Shown here piece by piece: positions 11,460 to 22,860 of a stretch of 64,000 nucleotides of DNA (within the stretch, counting starts at the first letter, position 1; each line of letters starts with the position of its first letter). The notes below the pieces were generated by a model, which had not been told where the DNA came from, made no database searches, and saw nothing but the letters and a program-made list of their open reading frames with translations. Source of the DNA: Narcine bancroftii (taxonomy: Eukaryota). The DNA lies in NCBI RefSeq assembly GCF_036971445.1, contig NC_091476.1:107880001-107944000 (forward strand), in the 5' to 3' direction. The translations under genes were made by a program, and so were the position numbers.

Positions 11460-13420
11460 AAGAGGTTCTTTTTGGAGTTAAATAAATATATCAGAAAATT
11501 TCTTTGGAAGGCTAAGATTTTGAGGGTCTCCATAGAAAAATTAACATGGAAATATGAACTGGGAAGTTTACAACTCTCAAATTTAAAAAAAAAAATTACT
11601 ATCGAGCAGCTCAGATGAGATTCCCTACTTTCTTTTTTGAGCAAAGAGATAAACCTGGATGGGTGAAAATAGAGTTAGATAAAATAAGAGAGAGAATGGC
11701 AGAGGATTTTTTTGGGATGTGAAATTAGTAGCTGGTGAGAAAGAAGCCCCATTGCTTAAAAAAAAATTAATCAATACTTGGTATAAAATAAATAGTGATA
11801 TTGGGAAAAAGGTGGGGGGGGGGGGGGGGGCTTATCTCCCAAAATCCCTTTGACTCACAACAGACTTATAGCCTGTACAATGGGAATGCAATTTTTAAAA
11901 AATTTGGTCTGTTTAAAGGGATCCGATACATTGAAGATTGTTATGAGCCGGGGGAACTGATGTCATTTGAACAATTAAAAAAATATGTACAGGGCATGTA
12001 AAGGTTAAAACCTTGTGTTTTTACTTAGTTATCCCATTAAGAAATTGTTGTTTGTAGTGTTACCATAGTTATGACATCATATGCAGTAATATCCGGGGGT
12101 ACTGAGAGCTTGCATCTCATTCTTCGAAGAATTATAAGCTTGAAATACTTTTCTTTTAATTCATCCTAATCATCTTAATTTTGGGTTATATTAGTTTAAA
12201 GTGGAATATCGTTCTATTATTATACAATTTGCATTGTTTGTCATTATGAAAATCTCAATGCAAAGTTATACAGATGTTTATCCATTTTATCAACAAATTA
12301 AAGCTACTTACAGCTGCAACTACGAATTTTGATTTATTGTATTAATAATATAGTAATTCAGAATATCTTCGCTCATGTTTCCTTGAAGTTGACATGTTTT
12401 GAAATTGGAAAATATTAGAACTTGGAAAGTCGTCTACATGGAATTCTTAATAATACAATCTTGCTATTTTCAAGTAAGAATGTATCTAAGGAAAAAAACT
12501 GAGCCCAACAATATTTTTACCAAACTAGTAAGGTGGAGATGCTGATTCGAATGGGAAATACAAAGAAATTTACTTCAGCCATGTATCTTACTTCAAAGAG
12601 GACCCCCCCCCCCCCCCAAACAGGGGGGTTCATAAGACTAAACAGAGATGGGAATCTGACTTAAATGTAAGAATTGGTGAGCAAATCTGGTCTGAAATAT
12701 GTCTGGATAATATGTCTAATACAATAAATGCAAGATATAATTAATGCAAAAAATAATATTGTATTAATCTATAATCTCAAGCCACAGAAACTAAATAAAT
12801 TAAAGCAGACCTATTAGACCAATGTTTTAGATGTGGCGAGGAGGTAGGAATCTTTCTACATTCAATTTGGGGTTATTTCCTAAAGTGTGTTCTTTTTGGG
12901 TAGATTTAGGAAATTTAGAGTAGATTACAGGAATTCAATTTCCACAAAGCCTAGAATTATTTTTACTGAAGAATATTATAGGGATAAGACCTAAACTCAA
13001 ACTATCCAAACATCAAACAGAATTTGTTAAAAATTTGTTAAAAATAATAGCAGCTGCGGTACAACTCTGGTTATCCGAAATGGTCAGGACTAGGCCCATT
13101 TTGGATAAACGGGTTTTTTTTCGGAGAACCAGTCATTTAAAAACAGCCCAGTAGCAACAGCAATTCACTTGTAACAGTGTTTAAACAACAAAGTAAGGCT
13201 TTTTAAGCATTAAAATAATGTTTAATTTTCACCTTCCTGGGAGTGTGAGGTCCCCGCCACCACCGGGAGTCTGACGTCCCCGGTCAGTTCAGCTCTGAAA
13301 AAAATTTCAGATAAATGAAGTTTTCAGATAGTCTCGTCAATTTAAAAAAAAATTTGGATAACTGAGGATTTTGGAGAATTTGTACTGTACTTGAAAGTCT
13401 GCTTTCCAGCAGCCCATTCT
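11460..13420 (+). mobile_element. Fragmented L1-clade LINE ORF2 3' part
   Basis: Remnants RVSIEKLTWKYELGSLQLSNFK, KGIRYIEDCY, WESDLNVRIGEQIWSEICL and the CCHC region QCFRCGEEVGIFLHSIWG. Interrupted by non-L1 sequence and a MITE. Confidence 0.7.
13057..13387. mobile_element. pogo/Tigger-like MITE (copy 1)
   Basis: Ends cggtacaactctggttatcc...ttgtactg|TA. Internal sequence is shared with 43660-43986 and 60141-60769. Inserted in the L1 remnant. Confidence 0.75.
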
Positions 13421-13599
13421 GTTTTTTCTATTTCTTTTTTTTTCCTTTTCTTTTTCATTGTGCTTCATTAACTGATTTTAAGTCTAACAAGAGGTTTGGC
13501 CATTGATTTTTACCATGGCTGTGATTAGAAGCAAAAGTTAGTCAGTGTACTCTTCTGATTGCTCTCCAGCAATAGGAGAATGTGTAATAATTAAAACTC

Positions 13600-14260
13600 A
13601 TAGGAAGTAATGAGGCTTGAGTAGTTATTAGGGCAAATTATTTGCACAGGTGCAGCAGATAGTAATGCCTCCTTTCTAGTAGTTTGTAAAGGAAAGTCAA
13701 TTTGTAATTCCTCAATAACAAATAAATTCTTATGCCATGAATTCATAACTACACAGTAATCTAGATGTGGTCTCACCTTATGCAATTGCATTAAGACTGG
13801 TTTCCTGCAGTCAACTTGGTTTTTTTTTGGCGGGGGGAAAGTTAACATTATTTTCCCGCCTAATTGCCTTCAATAAATTGTGAACAAGCACTCCTAGTTC
13901 TCTCAAAACCATTGCTTCTCACTTGTGATTTAATACATACTCTTGTTTTTCTGCAGTAAACTGGATGATTTCACATTTTTCAATATGATATTGAATCTGC
14001 AACATCCTCCCCACTCACTGAGTTTGATCATTTCCCCTTGAAGCCTTTTTATAATCCTGTTACAAATGCGCCTTGTTTAGTAATGTCAACAAATTTGAAA
14101 TAATGTTTCGTTCCCTTAGTCAAATCATTCATAGAGATGACTAGCTAGGGCTCAAGCATCGATCACAGCTTTATCCTAGTTGTAACAGCCTGCAAACTTG
14201 GGAAGGAATTGCTTATTCCCTTTCTTTGATCCTGCCCAGTTTTATAGTCTCAATCCTGTA
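13600..14260 (-). mobile_element. Degenerate CR1-like LINE fragment
   Basis: Minus ORF 13591-13848 contains LHKVRPHLDYCV, a CR1 C-terminal motif. Boundaries approximate. Confidence 0.55.
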
Positions 14261-14829
14261 AATGGATGAACTTTTTCAGTACTGTTTATATTTTTGTGAT
14301 GGGGAGAGATGGGGAAAGAAGTTTTTAAAAATGTAGCACAAATACAGCAGGTACAAAGTAATGTGAAATGGATTCTTTCACAAAAACACCTCGGTGCTTA
14401 ATCAAATGGAGTAGAATCAATAAATACCATATTGGCTGTTTGGAGCAATTAATATTTTTCCATAATATGAGTTACTTGCACTGTACTGACAACTTTTAAC
14501 AAATACAAACTTGCAGTATCATTCTGAAGCTGCAGGTCCAATGATGGTTATTCCTGAAAGTTTTGAGAGCTTTTCAAAGCTGTGGTCTTTGTTAATGGTA
14601 TTGACAGCGAGAGTTGGTCTTTCCAAACCTTGAGAGCAAATTCACTGCTTTCAAATCTTTCTTGCATGTTTATTATTTATTTTGATTTGAAGGGATTAAA
14701 ATGGGATGTGGCCTGCCTTCAATTTACAAGTCAAAGTTTTCTCTGGGGAGTAACTTGTAGAGTAACAAAGCTTGAGATTTCAGGCAACATCAACACTGCA
14801 ACATGGATTACGTCATCTGAATCATTAAA

Positions 14830-15046
14830 TTAAAATTTAGTCGTACAGCATGGAAACTGGTCCTTTCGGCCCATGAGCCTATGCCGCCCTCTTAACCTAC
14901 AACTCCAGTACAATTGGAATTGTTGGAGGAAACTGGAGCACCCAGAAGAAACCCATACAGATACGGGGAGAACATACAAACTCCCTACAGACAGTATTAG
15001 ATTCGAACTGTGGTTGCTGGCACTGTAACAGCATAGCGCTAACGCC
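14830..15046 (-). mobile_element. V-SINE-like element abutting the Gypsy insertion
   Basis: Reverse complement carries the V-domain gggagtttgtatgttctccccgtatctgtatgggtttcttctgggtgctccagtttcctcc. Confidence 0.75.
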
Positions 15047-18000
15047 ATACTCGCAAAGCACGAAGACTATGTTGGTGACCCCAACAGGTCCAACCGGCAG
15101 TTGGACCCGAAGATGACGGATTAAGTGGAGCCAGTGACTCTCAGGCTTCCAACGTTTTGGGTGACACAGACACACTTATGGTTCAAGCAGGCTGAGGCTC
15201 AGTTCCAGCTTTGCCGCATCATTGCTGCAGACACCTGCTACTTCTACGTTGTAAGCACCCTCAATCAAGACACAGTAGTAAGGGTCATAGATTTCGTACA
15301 GCAGCCTCCAGAACAAGGCAAATACATGGCCCTCAAAGAGCTTCTAACCCGCACTTTCGGTTTCTCTTGGCGCAAGCATGATGCCCAATTGCTGCATATG
15401 AATGGATGGGGGACAGGGCCCTGTCCGCCCTATTGAGCAAGATGCTCACTCTAAGCAAGGGCTACAAGCCTTGCCTGCTCTTTGAGCAGATCTTTCTGTA
15501 ACAGCTGCATGAGGATATCTTACTCTTGCTCATGAACGAAGACTTGAGCGATCCTCAGAGGGTTTGCGTCCTGGGCGGACATGCTCTGGAGAGTGAAGGA
15601 CACCAGTGACTTTGTAGACCAGTTATCAAGCCCCACGAATAGTGCCTGGCGAAGTCAAGGCCAGTGGAGAGCCGTGAATAACCCGGGACAGCTATGCTAC
15701 TACCATCAGCAATGTGGTGCGGAGGCCCGTTGATGCCGGCCACCATGCGGGTTTCTGGGAAACTCCTTGAGCAGCAGTTGTTGATGGCTGCAGCAGTTGG
15801 CTCTCATGATGATCTCCTCTTTGTCTGGGACTCGTGTCAGGTAGGTGTTTCCTGGTCGACACTGGTGCTGAGATAAGCAACCTATACTTCACAGGCCTCG
15901 ACACTCACAATGGCAAGCAGGGGGCAGCACCGAGGACAGCCAACAGCTCCTCTATTCGGATTTTTGGAACCCGCACCATTCCCTTTCATTTCGCAACAGC
16001 CCGTTTTGCATGGACCTTCACCCTCGTGGCAGTGACTCATTAGCTCCTGGGGGCTGACTTCCTTCAGGCCCACTGCTATCTTGTTGAGCTCAAGGGATGA
16101 CGCTTGGTGTGCGTCAAGACTTTTCGGTTTCTGCCTCTGGGGGAAGTCAAGCTACCCGCCCCCTCCCATCTGGACTGTATAACACTCTCGGACAATGAAT
16201 TTACCCGCATCCTAACGGATGCATAGTTCTCCGTGGCCAAGCCAAAGCACGGGATAAGGCACCACATATTGACTGGCGGGCCCCCCCCCCCCCCCCCCCC
16301 CCCCAGCTTCACACCAGGGCTTGCCGACTCCCTCTGAAAAGCTCAGCTTGGCAAAAGAGGAGTTTTAGAAAATGGATGAGCTGGAGCTGGGGACTGTGTG
16401 GCGCTCTGACAGTCCCTGGGCCTCTCCCAAATCAGCAGGGGGTTGGAGACCATGTGGTAACTACCACCACCTCAATAAGGCCACCACACCCAACAGATAT
16501 CCCGTATCCACATCCAAGATTTTGCTGCCAACCTACATGGGTATTTTACAAGATGGACCTCATCCGGGGGTACCACCAAATCCCAGTTCAACCCCCGGAT
16601 GTTCCCAAGAATGCAGTTATAACCCCCTTTGGCTTGTTTGAATTTCTCCAGATGTCCATCTGTCAAAAGAATATGGTGTAAGCTTTTCAGCGGTTGATGG
16701 ACTGATGTGCCATGTCTCTACTGGCAGCCCCCACCCTATTCCAGCTACATAGAGGCGCCTGGCACACCCCCAATCTGCCACGGTAAATATGGTGGCCAGC
16801 AGGTTTGTCTGGCATGGCCTCCGTAAACTGGTCAACCAGTGGACAAAGTCTTGCCTGAACTGTCAGTCCTCCAATGTGCAAGTTCACACTAGAGCGACGA
16901 CACAGACTTTTGAGCCAGCGTGGCGCAGGTTCAGCCATGTACACATTGACATAGTGGGGCTATTCCCAGTTTCCTGTTGGGCGAGATGCCTCTTGACCAT
17001 GGTTGACTGCTCTACGAGGTGGCTGGAGGTAGTCCCGCTGACTGATAACACCACAGAAACCTGCGTCAGGGCACTCGTTGACACATTTGGGGTCCTGGTT
17101 TGGGGTCCCGGTTTGGGGTCCCAGTTTGGGGTCCCAGAGCACCTCACCTTGGACAGGGGCGCACAATTCCTCTTGGCTCCGTAGAGCGCTGGCTAACTTT
17201 CTGCGGATACAGCTCCTCCACACCACGGTGTATTACCCTCAGGCTAACTAGTTGGTGGAGCTCTTCTACAGGCATCTCAAGGGTCCCAACTGGCTGGATG
17301 AACTGCCTTGGATCCTGTTGGGAATTCGTACCGTGCCAAAGGAGGACTTAAATGCCTTAGAATCGGAGATGGTCTACAGCGCGCCTTTGATCATCCCCAG
17401 GGTGTTCCTGGACCTTGATAAATGCCCAGAAGACCCCGTAGCAACCCTCGAGAACGTGGCGAAAACGGGTCCTTGTCACCACGGCAACCTGCCACCATTC
17501 GGCCAGCCCAACATAATGTCACCAGGGACCTAAAAACTTCTCAGTATGTATTTGTGAGAAAGGGCGCATACCAGCCGCCCTTAAAACGGCTTTGCAAGGG
17601 GTCCTACAAGGTCATTAGGGACAATGATTCCACCTTCGTCCTCAACATCAGCAGTAAGGAGGAGACTTTACTATCAACCACCTGAAACTGGCATATCTGT
17701 ACTGCGATGAACCAGTCTCCACCCCTCCCCTGTGAAGCAGAGGCAGGTCACCCAAGGCTGCGGACAATGGCCTGGTTGCTGGTTTTTGGGGGGGGGGGGG
17801 GAGAGAGGTCTGTGTAACAGCCCGCGTGTGGAGACTAGGACTGGCCACAAAATGGCCAACAAATGTGGCAACTGCTTGGACCTGGGAGTGACACCGGCTG
17901 TTGTCCCAGGTGACCTCCACACAGCTGGAAGATGGGGAACTCTGGCGGGAATGCTGGCCAATCCCAGGCCGGCACTCAGATGATGTGGGGCCCTGACATC

Positions 18001-18112
18001 AGTGCCTGGGGCCCATATAAGCATGATGGCCAGAGCAATAAACCATTCTTATTTTCCAAGGCTTTGGTGTACGTATCGTTCTTCTCTATGCTCGCGTAGC
18101 GTGAATGCTACA
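15047..18112 (+). mobile_element. CsRn1/Kabuki-clade Ty3/Gypsy LTR retrotransposon, decayed
   Basis: PBS TGGTGACCCCAAC at 15073. Gag LRLPTFW..LWFKQAEAQF with a CHCC motif at 15695-15748, protease FLVDTGAEIS, RT N-half (GGWRPCGNYHHLNKAT, DLIRGYHQIP, ITPFGLFEF), integrase (HVHIDIVG, HLTLDRGAQF). A G-rich polypurine tract precedes the 3' LTR 17813-18112 (TGTAAC...GCTACA, with TATAA and AATAAA). Confidence 0.88.
17086..17137 (+). repeat. 13-bp x4 tandem repeat inside the Gypsy integrase
   Basis: tttggggtcctgg / tttggggtcccgg / tttggggtcccag / tttggggtcccag. Confidence 0.9.
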
Positions 18113-18624
18113 CCACCTCAAAAAATATTACCATAAGTTTGAATCGTTTTTAAGTTTTTTTTTATGGAAGCATCAAGACTCTGTGGAATTTGAGCCATAG
18201 CATTTTGTAAATCACACATGGACATTTTAAATAAATGTGACATCAACTTTTAAAGTACATGAGCTCTTTGACCTTCACAAATGATGTAAGTAATTAAAAG
18301 CCTGGCAAATTTGCATATCTTTGGCTTTGGCAAAAGGGATGAGTAGGTTAGCTGAGATCTTTGATAAATTGTTTAAGCATGACATTTTGTTTATAAGGGG
18401 AGAATTTCACAATTCTACGAGTGAAATTAATTTTACAACCTGATGTCCTCATTCTGATGGGTAATAGAACTAATGCAATCTATAAAAAAATAATTACTCT
18501 AAGCCACTCATATATACTTCTTGTAGTCTTTATCAGAGACCATTGCAGATGCTCAGATAACCCAGGATACAAGAGTAACCAATATTTATAACCTGGAGAA
18601 TTGTTGTTTATTTTTGTGATGCAT

Positions 18625-18874
18625 TTTTAAATTTAGCATGCGGCATGATAACAGCCCTTCCCACCCACACGCCAGTGCTCCCCCCCCAAAAAAAAGCATC
18701 AATTAATCTACAATCCCCATACGTTTTTGAAGAGTGAGAGAAAACTAGAGCACCCAGAGGACGCTCATGCAGACAGGGGAGAAGGTACAAACTCCTTACA
18801 GGCAGTGCCAGATTCAAATTTGGGTCGCAGCCATTGTACTGGAGTTGCACTAACTGCTATGCTAACAGTGCCAC
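18625..18874 (-). mobile_element. V-SINE-like element
   Basis: Reverse-complement V-domain (gtaaggagtttgtaccttctcccctgtctgcatgagc) and tRNA-like head. Confidence 0.7.
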
Positions 18875-19399
18875 CTTTTGAAAACCCATGCTAGTGCTTT
18901 GACTATTGTAGCACTGCACCGTGACGTGTGTAACATCCTATTACTGTAGTAACTACTAGAATTGAGGACAAAGGATTACTATTGCTGCATTAAGTATGTG
19001 CAATACTTTTCTCAAATTTTGTTGAATAAAATTGTATGGCAAGGACAGTTGGTAGATAAAGTGAAGTGTGAACATGTTTTAAAAAATAATCTAATTAATT
19101 TTTTGGATATATTTTGGTATTCTTTTCTCAATAATATCTTAAATTAGTACAGAATGCTGCTCTTCCATTAGAGATGCACTTCAGAAATTATTCTTCAAAG
19201 ATACCCTTGTCAGTTTGGTTGGTTCAATCAGTTTGTAGGTTAACATCTCCCATGACATTTGCAGTTTCCTTCATTCTTGACCATGGTATTTCCCCAGTTA
19301 ATGCTCCACCCCATGCCTCCAGACTACTCCGACCTGTTTCTTTTTACTGCTATGAATGATTTCTGCCCAAATTGATTCTATATTAGTAGCCCCCCCCCA

Positions 19400-21880
19400 C
19401 CCCCCGTATCACAATTCAACAATTCTATCCTTCATTAACAAAGCTACTCTGCCTCTTTTCCCTTTTGACTTGCTTTTCAAATAACTCAGCAACCAGCAAA
19501 AAAGTCCCAGAGGAAATAAATAAATAATGAGAATTAATAAGAAAAGATAAAAATTGAAATAAAAATGTAAAATTGTAAAAGTGTTCTCCGAAGCAACACA
19601 CAACCCCTTAGTGAAGATGGAAGCCCATCCACAGCAGCTGTTTGAATAAAGTTGTATTTGAATAAAATGATGTCGCCCAAGATGAAGAACCAGCAGATGC
19701 CACTGGGGCGACACTCAAAGTGTTTCCCTATCCCTGCCTATGCTAATAACTTATTAGTATATTATTTAGTATATAAGTAAGGCTTTATCTGTAAACTTGA
19801 GCGAAGGGGTTAATTATGACAATGCCATGATTAGCGTAGTGGTAAATGTAATGCTGTTATAGCACCAGTGGCCAGGTTTGAATTTAATTTTTTTAAATTT
19901 GAGTATTACCTGATTAAAGTGAACTTTACATAATTAAGGTCTGCAATTCTGATTTTTTTCAAATTACTTTACAAATTTTTTCTCTTAAACTGTTTATTTT
20001 TAATGCAGGTGTATTAGTTAGACATTGTAAGGGCGTGTCCCAGGCATATGGAAAATTTGCATAAGCAGCATCCCCATAGGTGCTGGATATTGGGGATTGC
20101 ACTACATAACCATCAATATTGAGCACTCCGTCCTGGTCACTCTGCAACATTGCCTCTATAATCCTACTATTATGTTGCTATTTTTGCTACCAACTCTTGT
20201 ATTACATTGCAAATGTTGTGTGTATTCAAGTTAAAGACTGTTAAGCTTTGATATTTATTAGTACATATTACTAACTTGGAATTTGCTTTTTAATGTACAT
20301 TTTCTGCCTCACTATCTTGTGCATCTATGCTCTCATTTTCTCCTGAGCCATTCTCCTTCCTATTTCGCTCTCTGTACAAACCTACAATTTGTCAGGGCAC
20401 TGGTCTCAGCAAGATTCGGGTAAAGCCTTCTCCTTCCCTCTACTAGTGCCATTGTTTCATGAATGGGAAACATTTCTACTATTCAACACTGAATTAAGCA
20501 TTTACTCCTCTAATCCCACTTACCCTGTCATTTTGCATGTGGCTCGTAATAATCTGGAGATTATCAAAAGTTCCTTGAAATTCCTTGACAGAACCTCTTT
20601 AGTCTTACCCGTGATACTGGTGTTAACGTTCATCGTCACAAACCTATCACAACGTTTTTGCCCAGTCCAGATTATGACCTTAATCCAAGTACCAGATAGG
20701 CAGCCTTCAAGACTCTTTCCTTTACAACAGAAAACAGTGGCAGTTCCCCTAACAGTGCTGTCCTCAGTGCTACATTTCTCTTTTTCTCCTCTCTTGAATG
20801 GCTTCTGCACATCCTCCTTGCATTCTCACTTCTGTTCCTCAGGAACATTGTTCCTTTTGTAAAAAGTAATCAGATGAGGCTTCTCTGGCTCTCTTTACAT
20901 GCCTCTTCTGTCTTCATCCTATCCCCAATTATTCAGTAGTTTAGAGAAAGAATCTAAAGGAAGTGACTGGCTCATGAATATGTGTCCAGATCATTCTTTC
21001 CAACCCCCCGCCCCCCCCCCCCCCCCAAACCACTGCTGCGTAGAAGTATTTGGAGATTTGGAGTTTGTACTCCAGATAATTGACCCCAGTTTCTTGAGCA
21101 GATAGTGACTGTTTACCACTAGGGGGTCCACTAGTTCCTATGTTGCAGCTATGAAGTATAGCTTTCCCAGCCATCTGTTCTAGTTAATTAGTTGTATTTA
21201 GTCATTTAATTGTAAACTGACAAAGGAATGTAAGAATTGTGAAATGCAAAGATGCAAGTGTGTGGCTTCAGGAAGGACAAAACTGAGCAGATGGATGATT
21301 TAACCTGTTCTAATATAGACAAATCAAGTTATCTGAAATTTTAGAATTTGAAATTGAGCCAAAAGTGCACACACAAAAAATACAGGAGTAAATTACTCAG
21401 CCTCTCAAGATTTCCCTGTCATCTCATTTGATTATGTCTGATCTTCCAAGGCTTGTCCAATAATTAGTTCTTCACAGCTCCCCCAATTCCCTCATCTTTC
21501 AACAATGAATATACTTCCTCTCTTTATATACTCCTGATAATCTTAACTCTCTGTGGTAGAGAGCACTACGTGTTCTGGTAGAAACCAGAAGTTCTAATGC
21601 AGCTCTCTTACAGGGTGAGGAGATTGTCATTTAAAATGTGACCCTTTTGTTTGAATTTCTTCCACTCATGGAAATGTATATAGGAGCTTCAACACCTCTA
21701 CAACACCTTTCTTCCCTTCTCTTGCACAGCTTTTGGTGCTTACACTGGAAAAATCAAATGAGGATCTGATGACATTCCCTGTCATGTTGCTAAGAATCTT
21801 GTATGCTTCGATAAGGTCACCTTGCAATCCTGTGTGGAGCTCCTGCTTCATTCCTTCCACCCTGTCATGTTTACATTGGT
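19400..21880 (-). mobile_element. Fragmented CR1-like LINE (ORF1 esterase and ORF2 pieces)
   Basis: Minus-strand remnants: DSTVRGTATVFC...CLSGTWIK...GKTKEVLS (SGNH/esterase-type ORF1), LQSDQDGVLNIDGY and KGKRGRVALLMKD (endonuclease start), LQGDLIEAYKIL (RT C-terminus). May be more than one copy. Confidence 0.55.
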
Positions 21881-22299
21881 TCTGTAACAACTTTCCTCAA
21901 TCCAGATGAAATGTTTTGGCTTGCAACTTCAACAATTCTTTTTCTCCCTCTGATGTTGAGTTCCTCCAGTAGATTTGTTTGGTATAATGGAGTGCTGTTG
22001 CTTCTGATTGGGTTTTGTCTTGTTATAACAATAGGAGGCCAGAGAGTTAGGCGTGGGATGATGAATTAAGGTAATATCGAACTGGAAGCTCAAGGTCAGC
22101 TCTGTAGATTGAATGTAGGTGCCCTGCAAGGAGATTATCAGATCCTGTTTTGTTTTATCCATTTATAGGAGAGATTGCAATATGAGCACTGACAGCTACT
22201 ACTTTGGAAGAAGTGCAATACGTGCTTTGCTTGGATAGTGGGAAGAGAAGAAATGTGTTGTAAAGGTTTTGCATCTCCTATTGCATTCAGACTAAATGT

Positions 22300-22860
22300 C
22301 ATGTCAAGGCAATTATGAAGAAGGCACACCAGCAGCTATACTTTGTTAGGAGTTTGAGGAGATTTGGAATGTCACCAAAGGCTTGCAAATTTCCACAGGT
22401 ATACCGTGGAGACCATTCTGTTTGGTATGGAGGTGCCAATGTATAGGACAGGAACAGGCAACAGAGGCTTGGAAACTTGGACAGAGCCACCATGGGCATT
22501 AGTCTTCTCCCTATAAATGACACCTTTAAGAGGAGATACCTCAAGGAAGTAGCATCTATCATCATTAACCCTCACCACACAGGTCATACCCTTTTATGAT
22601 TGCTACCAACAGGGAAGAGGTACTGGAGCCTGAAGACACACAGTCAATGTTACAAAAACAGCTTTTCCTCTTCCATTAGATGTTTGAACAAGCAATGAAC
22701 CTCTGGACCCTACCTCAGTTTTTTTTCTTTTTTTTCCACTGCTCATTTTTTTTCAAGTCTTGTGTTTACAAAATTGTAATTTATATTAATTTTTGAACAT
22801 TGCTTTGAACCATACTGGTGTAGAAAAACATCAAATTTCATGACAATAAACCTGGTTCTG
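22300..22860 (+). mobile_element. Rex1/Babar-like LINE 3' fragment
   Basis: KKAHQQLYFVRSLRRFGMSP...LLPTGKRYWSLKTH..., ending in catgacaataaacc. Confidence 0.7.

Noticed and set aside
17086-17137. CRISPR-like or telomeric array
   Set aside because: There are no spacers, the unit is 13 bp rather than TTAGGG, and it derives from integrase coding sequence in a eukaryotic intron.
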